Below, one piece after another: positions 59,990 to 64,000 of a stretch of 64,000 nucleotides of DNA (position 1 is its first letter; each line of letters begins with the position of its first letter). The notes under the pieces were generated by a model. That model saw only the letters and a list, made by a program, of their open reading frames with translations. It was not told the origin of the DNA and ran no database searches. The translations under genes and the position numbers were made by a program. The DNA is from Eledone cirrhosa (taxonomy: Eukaryota): contig CAXHJY010000099.1 in assembly GCA_964016885.1 (NCBI GenBank), positions 1-64,000 on the forward strand, given 5' to 3'.

Positions 59990-61728
59990 GACCTGGTTAC
60001 AACGTTCTCAAAGGATATAAGAATGGAGTTTGGCCAAGATAAATGCTCATACATGACTGTAAAGCGGGGAAAAACAACAACCCAATCTAGCAACATTGTC
60101 ATCAATGGCCTAACTGTTTCACCGATATCTGATGAGGACTGCTACAGATACCTGGGGATAGATGAGAACATATCCTATAATGGTATCTGTAATAAAGAAC
60201 GCGTAACCAGGGAATACTACACCCGATTAAGAAAGATCTGGTCATCGGAACTCTCTGCGGAAAACAAAACAGTGACTCACAATGTGTTTGCTGTGCCTGT
60301 CCTAACACCAACGTTTGGAATACTCAATTGGACGATAGACGAAATCCGAGCAGTTGATGTTGGAACTCGAAAAATACTGAACAACACCGGATACTTCCAC
60401 ATCAACAGTGACATAGACCGCCTTTACTTGAAACGTAAGCAGGGAGGCAGAGGCCTAACATCAGTCCAGACAACATTTGAATGTCGCATCATATCTCTCC
60501 AACAACATCTACGAACCACGAAGCGTAGGAGCCTGTTTCTCGAGCAAGTCTATCTGCATGAAACAGATAAGATCATGAGAGTTGGGAAGGAACTCCTTGA
60601 GAGATATTCCCTGTGTTATAATCAAAAACTCACACCCAAGGATGTCGCTCAGCAGTATCGCAGTGAATCCATGGATGAAAAACTGCATGCCTATCAGCAA
60701 AAAATCATACATGGATATGTTGCCAGGAAGCTCCAGAGTGAGAGTAATATAGATAAGGAAAGTAGTCTATCTTTGACCAACAACCGCTATATTGGCTCCC
60801 ACTTTGAAGGATACGCTTTTGCAATCCAGGAACAGGAGATTAGCACGAAATACCTGATTCACAAAAGAGATAGGGATGCAGGCAAAACACCTAGATGTGA
60901 TAACAAGTGCAGACTCTACAGAACTAACATCGAGGATATCACCCATGTCATCAGCAGCTGTCCAAAGATGTCATCGCGGTACTATCTACCTATGAGGCAT
61001 GATGTAGTGGCCAAAACACTGTACAATGATGTTCGTAAAAACGATAGCCCCGATAATAAACACATTAAAAGCTACAACAATGTGGAAGACATCCATGTAC
61101 ATAATATGAAAGAGTACTGGTGGAATGTTCCAGTAAAAACCCCAATAAAATGCAGGCATAACAGACCAGATATTATGATATGGAGCAGGGAGAAGTAAGC
61201 ATGCACAGTAGTGGAAATTAGCTGCCCAGCAGATCCCAATATAATATCAAAGATTAGTGAAAAGGAGAATATTTATGCAGAACTGATGAGAAATCTGCAG
61301 ATACTCCACACTGATTACACCTTCAGATTTATGCCTGTGATTATTGGGGCACTGGGATATGTTAGTAACTGCCTCAATACAAATCTTGAGAAGCTAGGCC
61401 TCACAGGAACAGAAAGAACACAACTAGTTAGGAAATTACAAGTACAATCCATTAATAGAACAGTAAAAGTATGTAAGACATTCCAAAGATTTTGCAACTA
61501 ATAACTGCATATACACAAGTACAGATGCAAAGCATATACACATGCACACATACAACTCAAAACATACACATCCACACATACAATAACATCCATATCTACA
61601 CATGCATGCATACATACATACCTACCTAGTTGATGTTGTGTAAATTCCAATGAGAGAGTCTTGTGTCTATGTTAGAAACCGACTCTCTCTCTCTATTGGT
61701 AAAACTTTGTGAAATTATAAAACCAGAA
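59990..61728 (+). mobile_element. RLE-type non-LTR retrotransposon (R4/Dong-like), copy 1, 5'-truncated
   Basis: RT thumb (FGQDKC, YRYLG, GGRGL), CCHC-like knuckle, RHD, NRPDI...EISCP endonuclease. The 3' UTR ends before (TACA)n. Confidence 0.9.
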
Positions 61729-61745
61729 CATACATACATACATAC

Positions 61746-64000
61746 AGCCTGCCTGCTTGAACCTATTTCTCCAAGATCACTGTGAAAATAATAACATCAT
61801 CACAGATGAACAAGCAGCTGGAAATAAAGGGGTTTGGGAATCTGCTGAACAACTCCTAATCAACAAAACTGCGATGTCGGAGGTGCGACAACTCAGGAGG
61901 AATATGACTACAGTCTGGCTGGTCTACAGGAAAGCTTTTGATTCTGTTCCCCACTCTTGGATGATAGAGGCCCTCCAACTTACTAAAGTCCCAGACATTA
62001 TTGTCAGAGCCATAGAGAGGCTATATTCTTCTTGGGCTACTATCCTAAGGTTAAAGACAGAGAGGGAGGACTCTATTTTCACTGATAAAATAAATATTGC
62101 AGGGGTATATTTCAGGTGGACAGTCTCTCTGTGATATTATTCATCTTGTCATTAAACCCTTATTCTTTCTGCTCAAGAAATGTGAGGGATACATCATTGG
62201 CTCACAGGAGGACAGAAATACAAACCTAACTCATAATTTCTTTGTGGACGATCTGAAACTCTATGCCAAGAACATGGATAGGATGAAGAAAATTCTTGAC
62301 CTGGTTACAACGTTCTCAAAGGATATAGGAATGGAGTTTGGCCAAGATAAATGCTCATACATGACTGTAAAGCGGGGAAAAACAACAACTCAATCTAGCA
62401 ACTTTGTCATCAATGGCCTAACTGTTTCACCGATATCTGATGAGGACTTCTACAGATACCTGGGGATAGATGAGAACATATCCTATAATGGTATCTGTAA
62501 TAAAGAACGCGTAACCAGGGAATACTACACCCGATTAAGTAAAATCTGGTCATCGGAACTCTCTGCTGAAAACAAAACAGTGACTCACAATGTGTTTGCT
62601 GTGCCTGTCCTAACACCAACGTTTGGAATACTCAATTGGACGATAGACGGAATCCGAGCAGTTGATGTTGGAACTCGAAAAATACTGAACAACACCAGAA
62701 ACTTCCACATCAACAGGGACATAGACCGCCTTTACTTGAAACGTAAGCAGGGAGGCAGAGGCCTAACACCAGTCCAGACAACATTTGAATATCGCATCAT
62801 ATCTCTCCGACATCTGCGAACCTCGAAGCGTAGGAGCCCGTTTCTCGAGCAAGTCTATCTGCATGAAACAGATAAGATCATGAGAGTTGGGAAGGAACTC
62901 CTCGAGAGATATTCCCTGTGTGATAATCAAAAACTCACACTCAGGGATGTCGCTCAGCAGTATCGCAGTGAATCCAAGGATGAAAAACTGCATGCCTATC
63001 AGCAAAAAATCATGCATGGATATGTTGCCAGGAAGTTCCAGAGTGAGAGTAATATAGATAAGGAAAGTAGTCTATCTTGGACCAACAACCGCTATATTGG
63101 CTCCCACTTTGAAGGATACGCTTTTGCAATCCAGGAACAGGAGATTAGCACGAAACACCTGATTCACAAGAGAGATAGGGATGCAGGCAAAATACCTAGA
63201 TGTGATAACAAGTGCAGACTCTGCAGAACTAACATCGAGGATATCACCCATGTCATCAGCAGCTGTCCAAAGATGTCATCGCGGTACTATCTACCTATGA
63301 GGCATGATGTAGTGGCCAAAACACTGTACAATGATGTTCGTAAAAAAGATAACCCCGATAATAAACACATTAAAAGCTACAGCAATGTGGAAGACATCCA
63401 TGTACATAATATGAAAGAGTACTGGTGGAATGTTCCAGTAAAAACCCCAATAAAATGCAAGCATAACAGACCAGATATTATGATATGGGACAGGGAGAAG
63501 TAAGCATGCACAGTAGTGGAAATTAGCTGCCCAGCAGATGCCAATATAATATCAAAGATTAATGAAAAGGAGAACATTTATGCAGAACTGATGAGAAATC
63601 TGCAGATACTCCACCCTGATTACACCTTCAGATTTATGCCTGTGATTATTGGTGCACTGGGATATGTTAGTAATTGCCTCAATACAAATCTTGAGAAGCT
63701 AGGCCTCACAGGAACAGAAAGAACACAACTAGTTAGGAAATTACAAGTACAATCCATTAATGGAACAGTAAAAGTATGTAAGACATTCCCAAAATGTTGC
63801 ATCTAATAACTGCATATACACATGTACACATGCACACATACAACTCAAAACATACACATCCACACATACAATAACATCCATATCTACACATGCATGCAGA
63901 CATACATACATATCTACCTAGTTGATGTTGTGTAAATTCCAATGAGAGAGTTTTGTGTCTATGTTAGAAACTGGCTCTCTCTCTATTGGTAAAACTTTGT
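61746..64000 (+). mobile_element. RLE-type non-LTR retrotransposon (R4/Dong-like), copy 2, longer 5' end, frameshifted
   Basis: EQLLIN, YRKAFDSVPHSW, HNFFVDDLKLY, CRLCRTNIEDITHVISSC, RHD, RPDI. Highly similar to copy 1; runs to the window edge. Confidence 0.92.

Overview
Eukaryotic, very AT-rich, repeat-dense genomic DNA. It is most likely octopus/cephalopod, inferred from the tRNA-SINE families and the huge (TA)n/(TATACA)n tracts. The long I/Y/H/T/M/C-rich ORFs in the track are microsatellite artefacts. One host gene is visible: five phase-compatible coding exons of an integrin alpha subunit on the minus strand (57836 to 45345). The rest is transposon-derived: a CR1-group LINE, RTE pieces, tandem RLE-type (R4/Dong-like) LINEs, an L1/Tx1 fragment, a Helitron remnant, many SINEs and three Penelope-like (RT + GIY-YIG) elements. 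The main unannotated signal is in 0.9-44.3 kb. About a dozen sequence-unrelated fold-back (inverted-repeat) insertions sit inside TA tracts, most carrying outward-facing minimal type I hammerhead ribozyme folds. They share an asymmetric architecture: one arm has a ~70-150 nt tail with a (T/C)(T/A)GAG(T/C)(G/A)(C/T)T motif, the other ends at an AT microhomology with the TA tract. This points to a TA-targeted, twin-primed Penelope/retrozyme-like insertion system. All calls were read by eye, with no database searches.
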